Shown here piece by piece: positions 18,720 through 28,243 of a stretch of DNA of 64,000 nt; the first letter of the stretch is position 1, and each line of letters starts with the position of its first letter. Source of the stretch: Candidatus Thorarchaeota archaeon (GTDB taxonomy: Archaea > Asgardarchaeota > Thorarchaeia > Thorarchaeales > Thorarchaeaceae); assembly GCA_048882045.1 (NCBI GenBank), contig JBHLRZ010000009.1, positions 1-64,000 on the forward strand, in the 5' to 3' direction. The translations under genes were made by a program, and so were the position numbers. The notes beneath the pieces were generated by a model. That model was not told the origin of the DNA and ran no database searches. It was given only the letters and a program-made list of their open reading frames with translations.

Positions 18720-19808
18720 ATGGGCGACGTAAGAATAGCAATTGCAGGCCTAGGAAATTGCGCCAGTGCACTCATTCAAGGTGCACACTATTATAGAAAC
18801 GCAAGAGCAGATGAAGAAGTTCCAGGTCTGATGCATGTAGATTTTGGTGGCTATTTTCCAAAAGATCTCAAATTTGTAGCAGCATTTGAGGCAAACAGTA
18901 AGAAGATTGGTCTCGACATAGCAGAAGCGATGTGGGCTGAACCGAACTGCTGTGTGCCATTCGCACCAGATGTTCCAAAGACTGGAGTGAAAGTCCTTCC
19001 AGGACCAATATCCGACGGTGTCGCACCTCACATGAGAGAATCTTTCTTTGCATACGATGAAAAAGAGATTGAGCCAGTTGATGTCGTAGAGGAACTGAAG
19101 AAATCAAAGGCAGACCTGCTGGTTTCATATCTTCCTGTTGGTAGTGCAGAGGGCTCTCGTATCTATGCCAAGGCCGCTCTCGAGGCAGGTATTGGTTATA
19201 TCAATGCAATACCTGAGTTTATCGTTTCCGATCCGAAGTCCCCAATCGCTCAGGCTTTTGAGAAGGAAGGCATTCCCTGTGCAGGGGATGACATCAAGAG
19301 CCAGCTTGGAGCAACAATCCTCCATCGAGTTCTCGCTCAACTATTTGACAAGAGAGGACTAATTCTGCAGAATACCTACCAGTTGAACATTGGGGGAAAT
19401 ACGGATTTTGAAAACATGCAGGTCGAGAACAGATTGTCATCCAAGAGGATTAGCAAGACGGAAGCAGTCACAAGTTGTGTCGAATACGAACTACCAACCA
19501 AGATAGGTCCAAGCGACTATGTTCCATTCCTCAATGACAACAAGGTCTGTTACATCAGCATGAGATCGAAAGCATTTGGAGACCTACCGATAGATCTTGA
19601 CTTGAAGCTGTCAGTACAGGACTCACCAAATAGCGGCGGTGTAATCATCGATGTTGCACGAGCTGTAAAGATTGCTCTAGACAGAGGCATCGGTGGAGAG
19701 CTTTCAAGTATCAGTTCATACAGCTTCAAACACCCACGATATCAGATCGATGACTTCGAGGCTCGAAAGCGGGTGGACGAGTTCATAGACGGTAAGCGTG
19801 AGAGATAG
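18720..19808 (+). CDS. ino1: myo-inositol-1-phosphate synthase
   Basis: IAGLGNCASAL, YLPVGS, GDDIKSQLGAT, YQLNIGGNTDF, DSPNSGG. Confidence 0.97.
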   Translation: MGDVRIAIAGLGNCASALIQGAHYYRNARADEEVPGLMHVDFGGYFPKDLKFVAAFEANSKKIGLDIAEAMWAEPNCCVPFAPDVPKTGVKVLPGPISDGVAPHMRESFFAYDEKEIEPVDVVEELKKSKADLLVSYLPVGSAEGSRIYAKAALEAGIGYINAIPEFIVSDPKSPIAQAFEKEGIPCAGDDIKSQLGATILHRVLAQLFDKRGLILQNTYQLNIGGNTDFENMQVENRLSSKRISKTEAVTSCVEYELPTKIGPSDYVPFLNDNKVCYISMRSKAFGDLPIDLDLKLSVQDSPNSGGVIIDVARAVKIALDRGIGGELSSISSYSFKHPRYQIDDFEARKRVDEFIDGKRER

Positions 19809-19826
19809 TTAGTAAAAAGAATGTGC

Positions 19827-19852
19827 ATCAGCCTAGTCAAAGCTAGGCTGAT
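19827..19852. terminator. Perfect 10-bp inverted repeat between convergent genes
   Basis: ATCAGCCTAG-tcaaag-CTAGGCTGAT. Confidence 0.55.
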
Positions 19853-19862
19853 CTCTTATCAT

Positions 19863-21014
19863 TCAAAGCGTAGTGAAGCTCTTGACTGCTTTTTCATCAA
19901 GTTTCTTCAATACTTCCACAAGGAGCTGAACTGCGTTCTCTACGTCCTCTAGATCAAGCATTCCATTGTGTGAGTGGATGTATCGGGTGGGAATTCCCAA
20001 GAAAAGTGAAGGAGCCCCCATGCCTGCTAGATGAATCTGACCTGCATCAGTACCACCCGCCTTCAGAAAAGCGGGTTGGTGACGAATCTCGTTCTCCTCA
20101 GCGATTTTTGTGACAAACTTGCGGAGTTTTGGATTGGGAATCATAGAACCATCTCCCGCAGAGATAGCAACTCCTTTACCCATTTTTTGGACAAGTCCTT
20201 CGGACCCAGGTGAATCGCCAGATATGTCTACATCAAGTGCAAAACCAATATCGGGTTTAATCATCTGAGCTGAAGTCTTTGCACCTCTTAAACCGACTTC
20301 CTCTTGCACTGTTGAAACAAAATAGACAGTATTGGGAAGTGATATGTTGTCCTCAGAGATTCTGCGAATTGCTTCAAGTGCTATGAAAACACCGATTCGA
20401 TCATCAAAAGCCTTTGCAACTACGAGAGTAACTTCTCTTTCCTCTTCTTTTGCATTCTTGTCATCTTCATTCTTCTTTTCCCTTCTCATCCTCTTCATTG
20501 TCCGGAAATCTGCGTAGGGAACAGCAGGGTCTCCAACTCGGATTCCGAGTTTCTTGACCTCTTCAATAGAAGACGCACCTACATCAAAGTACATCTTTTC
20601 TTTCGTAACAATCTTGCTACGCTGCTCTGGGGTAAGAACATGTGGTGGTGGGGCACCAATAACACCAATGATCTTCTCATCACTTTCAGATGGGCGAATG
20701 ACAACTTCCTGTGCTAAAAGTGTCTGATCCCACCAACCTCCTAATTGATGAAACTCTAGATACCCCTCTTTCTTGATGTTAGAGATTACGAAACCAATTT
20801 CGTCAACATGTCCTGCGACCATTATCTTTGGCCCACCATCTCCTTTTTTGAAGATGAGTGAACCAATACCATCCTGGAGAATTTCGACACCGAACTTCTT
20901 CGCGTACTCAAGTACTACCTTCTGAGCTTCGTTCTCGTGACCACTGGGTCCGAAAGCATTGCAGAGTTTCTCTAATAGCTTCAAATCAAGATTCAAATTT
21001 GTCATGGAACTCAC
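19863..21014 (-). CDS. M42 (TET-like) aminopeptidase
   Basis: GPSGHE, AGHVDEIG, KAFDDRIG, VQEEVGLRGA, GGTDAG, RYIHS. Confidence 0.95.
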   Translation of the reverse strand: MSSMTNLNLDLKLLEKLCNAFGPSGHENEAQKVVLEYAKKFGVEILQDGIGSLIFKKGDGGPKIMVAGHVDEIGFVISNIKKEGYLEFHQLGGWWDQTLLAQEVVIRPSESDEKIIGVIGAPPPHVLTPEQRSKIVTKEKMYFDVGASSIEEVKKLGIRVGDPAVPYADFRTMKRMRREKKNEDDKNAKEEEREVTLVVAKAFDDRIGVFIALEAIRRISEDNISLPNTVYFVSTVQEEVGLRGAKTSAQMIKPDIGFALDVDISGDSPGSEGLVQKMGKGVAISAGDGSMIPNPKLRKFVTKIAEENEIRHQPAFLKAGGTDAGQIHLAGMGAPSLFLGIPTRYIHSHNGMLDLEDVENAVQLLVEVLKKLDEKAVKSFTTL

Positions 21015-21095
21015 TTCGTCTTTCTTTGGATATGTTTCGTCGGATAGAATGTACTCTTTAGTGGTTTTGGTTTGAGCATAAAATCAGAAGATAAG

Positions 21096-21638
21096 TCAAG
21101 TCATTGCTAGACTACTCTTGGCTAGAAGGTGAAATGCTTCTTCAACGTTCTGACCAGTCAAAGCACTTGTTTCAAGATATCCTGTGAGGTTGTGTTCACG
21201 TACAAAGTCCATGCCCATCTCACTGGTGATTACTCTATGTTCAGCTAGGTCAACCTTGTTTGCTAATAGAATGATTGGGATTCTCTCTCCTAATGCATCC
21301 TCGGTCTCTTTGATCCATTTTGGTAGTTCGATCCAGGTACTCTTTCGTGTTGTGTCATAGACAAGTAGTGCGCCTTTGGAGCCACGATAATAACTACCTC
21401 GAATGAAATCGAACCTTTGTTGACCAGCCAAGTCCCAGACAAGCATCTTGACTACAACACTGCGACCATTTGCTGTTTCAACAGGGACTGTCTTCACAGC
21501 GAACTGTGAACCAATAGTAACGATGTATTCTTCAGAAAATTTCTGAGTGAGAAAACGATTGACTAGAGCTGTCTTACCACTACCACCAGCCCCTATCATG
21601 ACGACCTTCCGCATGTAGTCAAATCCGCCGCTACTCAA
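21096..21638 (-). CDS. Rab-like small GTPase
   Basis: GAGGSGKT, TIGSQF, WDLAGQQRF, YYRGSKG, LVYDTT, NKVD, ETSAL; no C-terminal Cys. Confidence 0.93.
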   Translation of the reverse strand: MSSGGFDYMRKVVMIGAGGSGKTALVNRFLTQKFSEEYIVTIGSQFAVKTVPVETANGRSVVVKMLVWDLAGQQRFDFIRGSYYRGSKGALLVYDTTRKSTWIELPKWIKETEDALGERIPIILLANKVDLAEHRVITSEMGMDFVREHNLTGYLETSALTGQNVEEAFHLLAKSSLAMT

Positions 21639-21889
21639 GTTTTCACCTCGCCCTTAGAACGGGCTTTCTGCTCAAGTTAATGGAATCACATAGGGAGGGT
21701 GCAAACGCTTCCGCCCGCAGGTATCCGTATTGGAAATTCGCGTCTACTGCTTTTAGCCTTTTATTGCTTGAATGTCATCCGATGAGACGACCATTTTCAA
21801 TCATCGAGTGGATGGCGCGTTGATATTTTCTTGATGTAGCGATTTATATCCGGTAATACCCGGTTAACACCAGCCTTGAGGGACTACTA

Positions 21890-22075
21890 GTGAAGCTAAT
21901 TACCGTGAAAATGAGTGACATCTATGTGAACGGGATTGACAAACTGGTCGAGATTGGGATGTATCCATCAAGAAGTGAAGCAATCAGGGTAGCAATACGA
22001 GACCTCTTGCGACGTGAACTCTGGCCAGCGGATGGCAGTCCCATCAGCATGAACGTTGACACTGAGAAAACCTGA
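21890..22075 (+). CDS. Ribbon-helix-helix (CopG / CdrS-like) regulator
   Basis: LITVKM...IDKLVEIGMYPSRSEAIRVAIRDLL. Confidence 0.88.
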   Translation: MKLITVKMSDIYVNGIDKLVEIGMYPSRSEAIRVAIRDLLRRELWPADGSPISMNVDTEKT

Positions 22076-22152
22076 TTGTATGCCCACAAGACACATTAAT
22101 ACACGTTCAATAGAAATGAAACTAACCACGACTAAGAAGGGAGGACACTGAT

Positions 22153-22668
22153 ATGAACTTCAGGGTATTCTTCAAGAGCATCAAGTTTGCGTATAGAGCA
22201 AGGATTCGAGTGTTGGCATTCATTCTGATCTATGCAATATTATACATAATTGTGGCAAAAGGTCTCACAACAAATCCAGGAGATCTTACCTACATAGGCC
22301 TTGCCTTTATTGTCGCAACAATATATGCTATTCTGGTTTCGCAATTCAGACGGCGAGACATATCCATTTTCAAATGTATAGGATGGGATAATTCGAATGT
22401 AATGCTTCTCGTCATGGGAGAGGTCGTCCTTGTTTCAGTCACAGCATTCCTTGTAGTGTTTCAGGTAAGTGTAGAAATTCTTGGACTGACAACCTATTTC
22501 CTTGGCACAGGAACAAATGTTTCAGGATTGTGGTCATATCTTTATGTTGACTTGATATCTATGTTCATCACTTTGTTCTGGATAATTATAGCTCAACTAC
22601 CAGGTTTGGTGTTATCAATGTGGAGATCTACTCAAGTACCACCAATGCGAGCACTGAGGGAGGAATGA
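22153..22668 (+). CDS. Minimal FtsX-like ABC permease
   Basis: RRRDISIFKCIGW...GEVVL; C-terminal [10 protein letters not shown]. Confidence 0.8.
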   Translation: MNFRVFFKSIKFAYRARIRVLAFILIYAILYIIVAKGLTTNPGDLTYIGLAFIVATIYAILVSQFRRRDISIFKCIGWDNSNVMLLVMGEVVLVSVTAFLVVFQVSVEILGLTTYFLGTGTNVSGLWSYLYVDLISMFITLFWIIIAQLPGLVLSMWRSTQVPPMRALREE

Positions 22669-23348
22669 AGATGGCAGGACCGATTATTCAACTTGAAAAT
22701 GTAAACAAGGAGTTTGGGAAAGGCAAGAACACTGTTGCAGCCCTGAAGGATGTCGATCTGCAGATAGATGCGGGTGATTTCGTTGCAGTACTCGGACCGA
22801 GTGGATGCGGCAAATCTACACTACTGCACGTCATGTCAGGTCTTGAAGCACCCTCATCCGGTCGCGTTTTAGTCGATGCTGTTGATGTGACTCTCATTAG
22901 CGAGAGAGACATGCCAAAGGTGAGAGCTCAGAAGATCGGCTTTGTGTTCCAAGCGTTTCTTCTCATAGAGCACTTGACTGCCTATGAGAACATCGAATCA
23001 GTATTATGGCCAAGAGAAGACATGACGAAGATGGAACAAGAAGAACGTACGCTTGCAGTCCTTCGTGAGGTAGATATGCTTGAGAGAAGAGACCACTTTC
23101 CAAGACAGCTCTCAGGTGGTGAACAACAACGTGTCGCCATCGCAAGGGCACTTGTCAATGATCCTCCGATATTGTTCTGTGATGAGCCTACCGGAAATTT
23201 GGACAGTAAGACAGGAGAGAACATTCTCAAGATCATTGCTCAGCTCAATAAAGAGAAGAGAATGACAGTGGTTCTCGTAACACACAACCATGACATTGCT
23301 CAGTTCGCAAAGAGAACACTAAACATGAAAGATGGAGTCATAAGATAG
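22665..23348 (+). CDS. ABC ATPase (LolD/MacB/FtsE-like)
   Basis: [33 protein letters not shown]; start placed at the ATGA overlap (22665). Confidence 0.93.
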   Translation: MKMAGPIIQLENVNKEFGKGKNTVAALKDVDLQIDAGDFVAVLGPSGCGKSTLLHVMSGLEAPSSGRVLVDAVDVTLISERDMPKVRAQKIGFVFQAFLLIEHLTAYENIESVLWPREDMTKMEQEERTLAVLREVDMLERRDHFPRQLSGGEQQRVAIARALVNDPPILFCDEPTGNLDSKTGENILKIIAQLNKEKRMTVVLVTHNHDIAQFAKRTLNMKDGVIR

Positions 23349-23371
23349 GAAGGCTCAGTGAAACTGGAGTC

Positions 23372-24214
23372 TTGATGAATGTGCCGCAGTCTGACTGCAA
23401 AGAACATGAGAGGATAGCAGAGGAGTTGGCAGACTGTGGCAAGAATGAAGATGCTCTTATGATGTTCAAGAAAGCAGGTAACTGCTGGATGCGATGGGAA
23501 TCGTTCTCGAAAGCTGCTCAAGCATATGAAAGAGCCTATGAACATGGAATGCTAGCTCATAAGTTCGAAGAGGCTGCAAAGATCATGGATGAGGCAGGCG
23601 CAGCATGGATCAAGTATGGAGAACATGAGAAGTTCGAAATCAACTGTCAGATCGCAGCTCAGGCATATGTTTCTGCCGCTGAGGAAAAGAAGAACCCACT
23701 CCTCCTGCTCGAAGGTGCATTCTGTGCAATAACAGGAGGAGACATTGATCTTTCCAGACAACTAATCGATGGCGTGATCAAAGTCACAAAAGGAGAGGTC
23801 ACCGGGCTCATTGACCTTGCCCTCATGTTGATGGAATATCGTTTTGGCGATGCCAATAAGCTGATGGAAACAGTCTTGGCCGGGGAAATAACTAGACAAG
23901 AACTCGGTAGGTTAAGACGCATTTTCGAACTAGTCCTTGCGGGATTTATTCGAACTTCTTTGGAGTCAGAAGCAGCAGTGACCATAATAAGTCTAGAAGA
24001 GAGCACTGGAATTGATCGCAGACAGCTAAAAAAACTGATTGTCAGAGCGATTGAAAACGGGTATATCCCAGGCTATTATGACGAAATCTCGAATGAACTC
24101 ATTGTAGATAGTGATAGGTTCGATATTGAAACCTTAGAAACTCGGAAAGGACCCATTTTAAGTCGAGATCTTGATGATCCGGGTGCATGGGATATAGAAC
24201 TTGATGATGATTGA
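23372..24214 (+). CDS. Alpha-SNAP/TPR-like solenoid + PCI domain protein
   Basis: ALMMFKKAGNCW...AAQAYERA...DEAGAAW; C-terminal VTIISLEESTGIDRRQLKKLIVRAIENGYIPGYYDEISNELIV. Confidence 0.7.
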   Translation: MMNVPQSDCKEHERIAEELADCGKNEDALMMFKKAGNCWMRWESFSKAAQAYERAYEHGMLAHKFEEAAKIMDEAGAAWIKYGEHEKFEINCQIAAQAYVSAAEEKKNPLLLLEGAFCAITGGDIDLSRQLIDGVIKVTKGEVTGLIDLALMLMEYRFGDANKLMETVLAGEITRQELGRLRRIFELVLAGFIRTSLESEAAVTIISLEESTGIDRRQLKKLIVRAIENGYIPGYYDEISNELIVDSDRFDIETLETRKGPILSRDLDDPGAWDIELDDD

Positions 24215-24314
24215 TTGAAGTCGAACCAAACATCCGTTGGTCCCCCAAGAAACCTTTTTAGTACCATTGCTGAAACACTCAATTGCCCGCCAAAGAAATC
24301 AGGTGATACTACAA

Positions 24315-24530
24315 ATGGCTGAAGGGCTGAAATGGTTGCAGTGTCCTGTTTGCAAAGAATCGATCTATTGGGAGATTCCGCAGGAGGCCCTGAAGAAGGT
24401 CAAGAGATTCCCAGCCCCAGTCGTAGTGAAACACAAGGATCATTATCTTGTTTGTTATCTTGATAGCCACCATCAACTCGCTGATACAGAAGTAGCAATT
24501 GCTGGTGTAGATGGAAAAGCCAAGAAATAG
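24315..24530 (+). CDS. Small Cys/His metal-binding protein
   Basis: SD AGGTGA at 24301; CPVC...RFP...HKDH...YLDSH. Confidence 0.75.
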   Translation: MAEGLKWLQCPVCKESIYWEIPQEALKKVKRFPAPVVVKHKDHYLVCYLDSHHQLADTEVAIAGVDGKAKK

Positions 24531-24545
24531 GCACATCTTTTTTGT

Positions 24546-25097
24546 TCATTCGATTCCGTTATCCATCGCCCATTCCAATACACGTGCAGCTTGAGCACTT
24601 GCCATTCCCCAGGAACGCAGATTGAGTATGAGATTCCTTATACCAGTGATCCAATCATCTAGTAGCTCCCGAACTCGCTTCTTTATGGATAGATCTTCTT
24701 CTTCGTGATAGACTGGTAAGATCATCTCAACAAGACTTTGTGAGAGAACAAGGATGGTTTCTAGTCGGGCAATCCATTCCTCGCGCGGTAGACCAGTAAG
24801 AGTTTGTGCTACTGCTAGATGATAATCATATTGTGCTGTGAAATATCTCAGTCTCCAGCTGAGGACCTCAACAATGAGTGTCTTATATGCAGTGCTTGGG
24901 GCCGTCTTGAGAAGCAGACTTAGGAAACGTTGAGTCATCTCATCAGCAGACTGACTCGCATCAAAGTAGAGAGCCATTGCTTGTTGATATTCTTCACTCG
25001 TAAGGCATTCATTAGCTCGTCCGACACTCTCCTTGAAACGGTCAAGCAATGCCTTTGTTGATGAGCCCTCAACGTCTTCCAAGTAGATTTTCACCAC
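24546..25097 (-). CDS. Hypothetical alpha-helical protein
   Basis: 183-aa ORF fills the gap; amphipathic helices. Confidence 0.7.
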   Translation of the reverse strand: MVKIYLEDVEGSSTKALLDRFKESVGRANECLTSEEYQQAMALYFDASQSADEMTQRFLSLLLKTAPSTAYKTLIVEVLSWRLRYFTAQYDYHLAVAQTLTGLPREEWIARLETILVLSQSLVEMILPVYHEEEDLSIKKRVRELLDDWITGIRNLILNLRSWGMASAQAARVLEWAMDNGIE

Positions 25098-25198
25098 TTT
25101 CTCTGTTTTCTCGGGGATAACACTCTAAGCTGGAGTGTCTTCATGTTGCACTGAGCTTTGACTGGTTTAAACCTAAATAAGATGTTTTGCTGTTTCTA

Positions 25199-26173
25199 TT
25201 AGATTGGTGGGGAGTGCTTTATCTTGTAATCTTCTGAGGCTTGTGACCAAATCATGAATTCATCACTCGGAGGACTTCGTCGATAGAGCTCTTCCCTATC
25301 AGCCTCGTAAGTAGATATTTCATGTCCTCCAAGTTGAGCCATCGTGAGAATCCTATGTCCTACTCGTTCAGCAGCTGTCATCACTGGCTCAATCCATTTT
25401 GCCCAGCATTTCTCCCTGAGGAGATGATGATCAACAACTAAAAGTGGAATCGCTGAAGCCAAGGAAACAAGTGAGAAGAGGGCTCGTTCCTTGTCCGAAT
25501 CCGTAAACCGTTTGAGATACACAGGTGGACCTCCAACAATTGCCAGGTCTGGGTTCTTTGAGAGAATGTAGTGAAGACTGTTCTTCTCCAGAGGTCCTTG
25601 AACATCAGGTGCAAAAACAAAACAGGTTTCTGAATGCTCAATCGTTGTTGTAATTACATAACCAAGGCGAGTATTTGCAGGACCATGTGGTAGTGGAGGT
25701 GAGAAGGAAACTTTCGTGTCACCAAATTCAAAGATCTTATCATCTGACCATTCTATCTTTTTGACTACCTTCTGGACATCCTTCTCAAAATAGAATCCAC
25801 GTCGCCGTTGGGAGGGATTGATGTTTTCACGATTGTCCTTCGCGAACACAATCTTGTCCTTGAACATCTCTTTCCTCTCATCTCGTGTGCTAAGGTTATA
25901 CAGATAATTGACAAAACCAGGCCTAACATGGTCATAGTGGTAGTGTGAGATTGATAGAGCATCAGCTATTGAGGTTGATGTTCGAATAGCAGAAAGCTGA
26001 GATTTGAGTGTCCGATATTCCAACGGATGCGGTTCCAAGTTATGCCTTTTGGCAAGCGCCGCTGAAGGGTCGAGGACAATGTTGAGGTTAGGAGTGATGA
26101 CCTCTGTGCATAGAGACCTCGTTCCCAAACTCTCAGCAGCCAGTGGGGTTATCTTGATGCTACCGAGTTCCAT
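25199..26173 (-). CDS. UPF0282 MBL-fold metallohydrolase
   Basis: PLAAESLGTRSLC, ISHYHYDH, NPSQRRRG, DVQGP, DHHLLR; start moved to ATG 26173. Confidence 0.88.
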   Translation of the reverse strand: MELGSIKITPLAAESLGTRSLCTEVITPNLNIVLDPSAALAKRHNLEPHPLEYRTLKSQLSAIRTSTSIADALSISHYHYDHVRPGFVNYLYNLSTRDERKEMFKDKIVFAKDNRENINPSQRRRGFYFEKDVQKVVKKIEWSDDKIFEFGDTKVSFSPPLPHGPANTRLGYVITTTIEHSETCFVFAPDVQGPLEKNSLHYILSKNPDLAIVGGPPVYLKRFTDSDKERALFSLVSLASAIPLLVVDHHLLREKCWAKWIEPVMTAAERVGHRILTMAQLGGHEISTYEADREELYRRSPPSDEFMIWSQASEDYKIKHSPPI

Positions 26174-26666
26174 CTTCAGACTCCCTGTAGTAGATGAGGT
26201 GGTATCCATCATCATGAAGCAATTCTGCTTCATATAGAATAGGACCTCCACTATCACTGAAACATCGGAACATCTGGAAGTCCGAAGGCAAGAACTCAGG
26301 TTCAAGAGAGGAGATTTCACTCTCTGAGAAGATGGAGAGTGACCCTTCTCTATGATTCTCGACGTATGAAGAGATTTCCGCATAGTTCACAAAAATCAAG
26401 AAATGGGCAGACAGAGCACCATCAGGTCTAATCAAGCGTTCTGAAACCATCCCGCGGAACTCATAGCTGGTAACATCTGATGCTCCGGTCTCTTCCATCA
26501 CTTCACGAATAGCCGCATCCCGAATATGTTCGCCCAATGAAACCTTTCCACCGACCATACTCCAGAGATTCTCGTATGGAGGATTCTTCCGCTTCAAAAA
26601 CAGGAACTTATCCTCATGTTTCAGAATAGTAATGGCAATCGGGATCATTTGAACCATCAGAGCCAC
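26160..26666 (-). CDS. NUDIX hydrolase
   Basis: Nudix box GGKVSLGEHIRDAAIREVMEETG. Confidence 0.92.
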   Translation of the reverse strand: MALMVQMIPIAITILKHEDKFLFLKRKNPPYENLWSMVGGKVSLGEHIRDAAIREVMEETGASDVTSYEFRGMVSERLIRPDGALSAHFLIFVNYAEISSYVENHREGSLSIFSESEISSLEPEFLPSDFQMFRCFSDSGGPILYEAELLHDDGYHLIYYRESEDGTR

Positions 26667-26764
26667 CCTACTTTTCCAATCGTTTTGTCTGCTTTAAACA
26701 TAGAGGGAACAAAGAAGCCAACATTCATAGCGATGGGCATGAGTGTGTGGAATGGGTCTGAAAC

Positions 26765-28228
26765 TTGGGTAGGCTGATATCTGATGACATCCGAAGGACT
26801 GTTCTAGCACAGATAACTCCAACTAAAGAGGAGATACAAAATCAGAAGGAAACCATATCATCCCTAAAGGACTCTCTTGTTCATCATGCTGATATGGAAG
26901 GATTCCAGTTCTCATTTATTGAAGCACAGGGATCTACAGGAAAGAAGCAGACCCAGTTGAGAAATGCAGCAGATATTGACCTATTTGTTGGACTCGATCC
27001 TGAAGACTACAGCAACATCATTAGGTTGGCTCAGAAGGAACGTTCTACTGCAATAGACAGTATCATGAATGGACTAGTAGAAGATTGGTTCATCCCAGCA
27101 GTAGAGGGATTGGATGTTTCACAATTAAAGAAAGCATACTCCCAGCATCCATACCTATCATTGGTGATGAGTGGTCTTGAGATTGACATTCTTGGGTGTT
27201 TTGATATCGATTCTGCAACACTATCTAAAGAGGGCCCATATACTGCTGTTGATAGAACAGTACATCATACTAAGTATATAGCAGACAATTTGACCAAAAA
27301 GACACGAGAGGATGCTCGAATTCTGAAGTCGTTTGTCAGGGCAAGTCATGCATATGGTGACCGTTGTGCAGTAGGAAGAATGGGGCTCACAGGGATTTCT
27401 CTCGAGTTGTTGGCTATAGAATCAGACGACCTAGATTCTGCTTTCGATTCTCTCGAACATCTTGATGAGATGCCAATTGATCAAAAACGAAGATCACTTT
27501 CAGAACTTCGGAAGATTCAGACATTTCGAGATGACTTTGTGTATCTCATTGATCCCACTGATCTGAGGAGAAACATAGCATCCAGTTTCACCCCCCGTTC
27601 CTATAGATGGGTCCAATATCGAATTGGTCTTCTCAGAAATTCCAAAGAAAGGGTCACCATTGACATGCTTCTTGAGGCACCAATTCCTGACACAGAGCCA
27701 TCGAAATGGTTGAAGGACAATCTGTTCGTGTTCGAATTCAAATCAGACGGATCTACACACTACACAATACTGCGAGATAAACTGTATAGAGTATCTAAAA
27801 AGGTGCAGTCAAACATTTGCACCGAACGAACTGGAGAAACAAGGTTCGGAATGTCCATCATGGAAATATACTTTGAAAGAGAGAACTATGCAGTTGGTTT
27901 CGTTGTTGAGAATCCTACGATATCAGAGGAGTATACAAGGCGAGGGCCACCATCTGACATGAAGTCAGCTTCTGAAGAGTTCCTGAAGAAACATCCGCAT
28001 GCATACGAGAAGGATGGATTCTATTGGACCACTGAAAAAAGAGGATGGAGTTCAGCAGGAAAAATGATTGAGCACTTGTTTGGCATTACTCCGATAAATG
28101 GATTATCACTAACGAACCATAGTAGTGTATCCAAAAAAGTACTCAATGTGATAGAACAGTATATCTTCCCAATCGAACCAGACCTTCCAAAGAGAATGGC
28201 AAGAGTTAAGGAGAGCGTCAAAGAATAG
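26765..28228 (+). CDS. cca: Archaeal (class I) CCA-adding enzyme
   Basis: QGSTGKKQTQLRNAADIDLFV, HPYL, TAVDRTVHH, IDPTDLRRNIA, RRGPP. Confidence 0.88.
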   Translation: MGRLISDDIRRTVLAQITPTKEEIQNQKETISSLKDSLVHHADMEGFQFSFIEAQGSTGKKQTQLRNAADIDLFVGLDPEDYSNIIRLAQKERSTAIDSIMNGLVEDWFIPAVEGLDVSQLKKAYSQHPYLSLVMSGLEIDILGCFDIDSATLSKEGPYTAVDRTVHHTKYIADNLTKKTREDARILKSFVRASHAYGDRCAVGRMGLTGISLELLAIESDDLDSAFDSLEHLDEMPIDQKRRSLSELRKIQTFRDDFVYLIDPTDLRRNIASSFTPRSYRWVQYRIGLLRNSKERVTIDMLLEAPIPDTEPSKWLKDNLFVFEFKSDGSTHYTILRDKLYRVSKKVQSNICTERTGETRFGMSIMEIYFERENYAVGFVVENPTISEEYTRRGPPSDMKSASEEFLKKHPHAYEKDGFYWTTEKRGWSSAGKMIEHLFGITPINGLSLTNHSSVSKKVLNVIEQYIFPIEPDLPKRMARVKESVKE

Positions 28229-28243
28229 ACTTGGTGAACTAGC

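Noticed and set aside
26174-26383. N-terminal extension of the UPF0282 ORF
   Set aside because: Overlaps the NUDIX gene; family similarity begins at ATG 26173
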